Position numbers and translations under genes: made by a program | Assembly: GCA_964270895.1 (NCBI GenBank) | Contig: OZ185439.1 | Strand: one strand, 5' to 3' | Length of the DNA stretch: 64,000 bases | Origin: Podarcis filfolensis | Lineage: Eukaryota | Notes under the pieces: generated by a model | What the model saw: only the letters and a program-made list of their open reading frames with translations | Database searches by the model: none | Told to the model about the DNA's origin: nothing | In this document: positions 62,728 to 64,000 of the stretch, one piece after another | Position numbering within the stretch: the first letter of the stretch is position 1 | How the letters are laid out: every line of letters starts with the position of its first letter

Positions 62728-63407
62728 TTATGAGATATTGCAGGAAAGACTTAGGGCTCATCCTAAAATCAGGGAGCTATCATGGCCCTGGTTCAGCAAA
62801 GGCATGAGGCCAAAAGCCTGCAGCCAGCTTTTGTGTGAACTCTGGCATCCCTGTTGGTTTGAGGAGGGCCATTGCTCCCGCCTGTGTATCGGATGATTGA
62901 CATTGTTTTTCTTATAGCTCCAGCTGTGTCTCTTAGAGTAGTTCTATTGACTTTAGCAAAGTTCACTCTCAGATAGCTTGGGCTCAAGGATCATGGGTAA
63001 AACGAGTATAAGGATCATGGGTAAAATGGGTATTTTACGAGTCAGCCTTTTCTAATTCCTTCTTTTGCTGCCTATGATTGCTGCTGAAAACCTCTTCTCT
63101 GTGCATGTGATCCAAACAGTGGGTATACCTCTCCAAGGTTAATGTGCAAATGGCCCATGCGTCCGTGCTTAGACCAATGGACACATCAGAGACTTAAAAA
63201 TTAGCCTCAAGGACCCAGTTTGTTTTCCATCGACAATGAATGGCTTTCTTAAGTGATTCAGATCTAAGGGAATACATAATCATCTTTCACGGGAATGATT
63301 CAATTGTCACAACACCCTTTTCTTACAGTGACAATAGTTTAAATTGATTAAAAGCGGGGGATGCTAGGAAAATGGCAGAAATTATAGCTTACCAATCCTT
63401 GCTACGG

Positions 63408-63776
63408 GGGACGCGGGTGGCACTGTGGGTAAAACCTCAGCGTCTAGGACTTGCCGATTGCATGGTCGGCGGTTCGAATCCCCGCGGCGGGGTGAGCTCC
63501 CGTTGTTCGGTCCCAGCTCCTGCCCACCTAGCAGTTCGAAAGCACCCTTAAGTGCAAGTAGATAAATAGGTACCGCTTTATAGCGGGAAGGTAAACGGCG
63601 TTTCCGTGTGCTGCTCTGGTGCCGGTTCGCCAGAGCAGCCTCGTCACGCTGGCCACGTGACCCGGAAGTGTCTGCGGACAGTGCTGGCTCCCGGCCTCTT
63701 AAGTGAGATGAGCGCAGAACCCTAGAGTCTGTCACGACTGGCCCGTACGGGCAGGGGTACCTATACCTTTACCTTT
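63408..63776 (+). mobile_element. Full-length Sauria SINE (Squam1)
   Basis: GGGACGCGGGTGGCACTGTGG...GGTTCGAATCC (B box)...TACCTTTACCTTT tail; 14-bp TSD AATCCTTGCTACGG / AATCCTTGCTGCAG (63394-407, 63777-790). Confidence 0.93.
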
Positions 63777-64000
63777 AATCCTTGCTGCAGAATAGCCAAG
63801 ATGTAGCACACTCTTATCATTAAAGGAATATTGATAGCAATGTAAGAAATGTAGCCCCCCAAAATCTCTCAAACCAATATTCGAATTCCAGGTGAATCCT
63901 GTCTTTGCTAGGTTTCCTTGGTCAAGATTTCCTCAGTCAGGTCTCTAGAGGAATTTCCACACAAATGAGCTTAAAGCCCACACAAATGAGCTTATCTCCC

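Noticed and set aside
6640-63490. tRNA genes
   Set aside because: All tRNA-like A/B-box sequences (6640-6695, 11550-11612, 12085-12130, 62680-62727, 63408-63490) are SINE heads attached to SINE bodies.
56902-64000. ARID5B exon 8 (ITARRQWKHIYDELGG...)
   Set aside because: Not found on the minus strand; it presumably lies beyond the window.
1-64000. CRISPR array, prokaryotic or viral system, intact autonomous transposon, U12 introns
   Set aside because: No regularly spaced repeat-spacer array, no long unexplained ORF, and all identified introns have ordinary GT-AG U2-type ends.

Overview
Vertebrate genomic DNA, most likely a lacertid lizard (inferred from Sauria/Squam SINEs, Bov-B and the lacertid-type mariner/hAT MITEs). 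Two convergent genes. (1) A complete RTKN2 (rhotekin-2) on the + strand: 12 coding exons at 464-27061, all GT-AG, phases consistent, about 615 aa, with a CpG-island promoter and a probable 3'UTR to about 31765. (2) The 3' end of ARID5B on the - strand: penultimate exon 56703-56901, terminal coding exon 49646-51787, and a 3'UTR of about 5.5 kb ending near the AATAAA at 44113-44118. This tail-to-tail RTKN2/ARID5B arrangement matches the known mammalian one. The remainder is introns and intergenic DNA with SINEs, LINE fragments, MITEs and microsatellites. I found no supportable new multi-gene system. The best leads are a CDE/CHR cell-cycle promoter and an ATA codon in Kozak context at RTKN2 exon 1, a candidate internal first exon that would give an ARID-less ARID5B isoform, a PxDLS CtBP motif in ARID5B, and several nested or targeted TE insertions. 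Gene and family names come from recalled homology, not from a database search.
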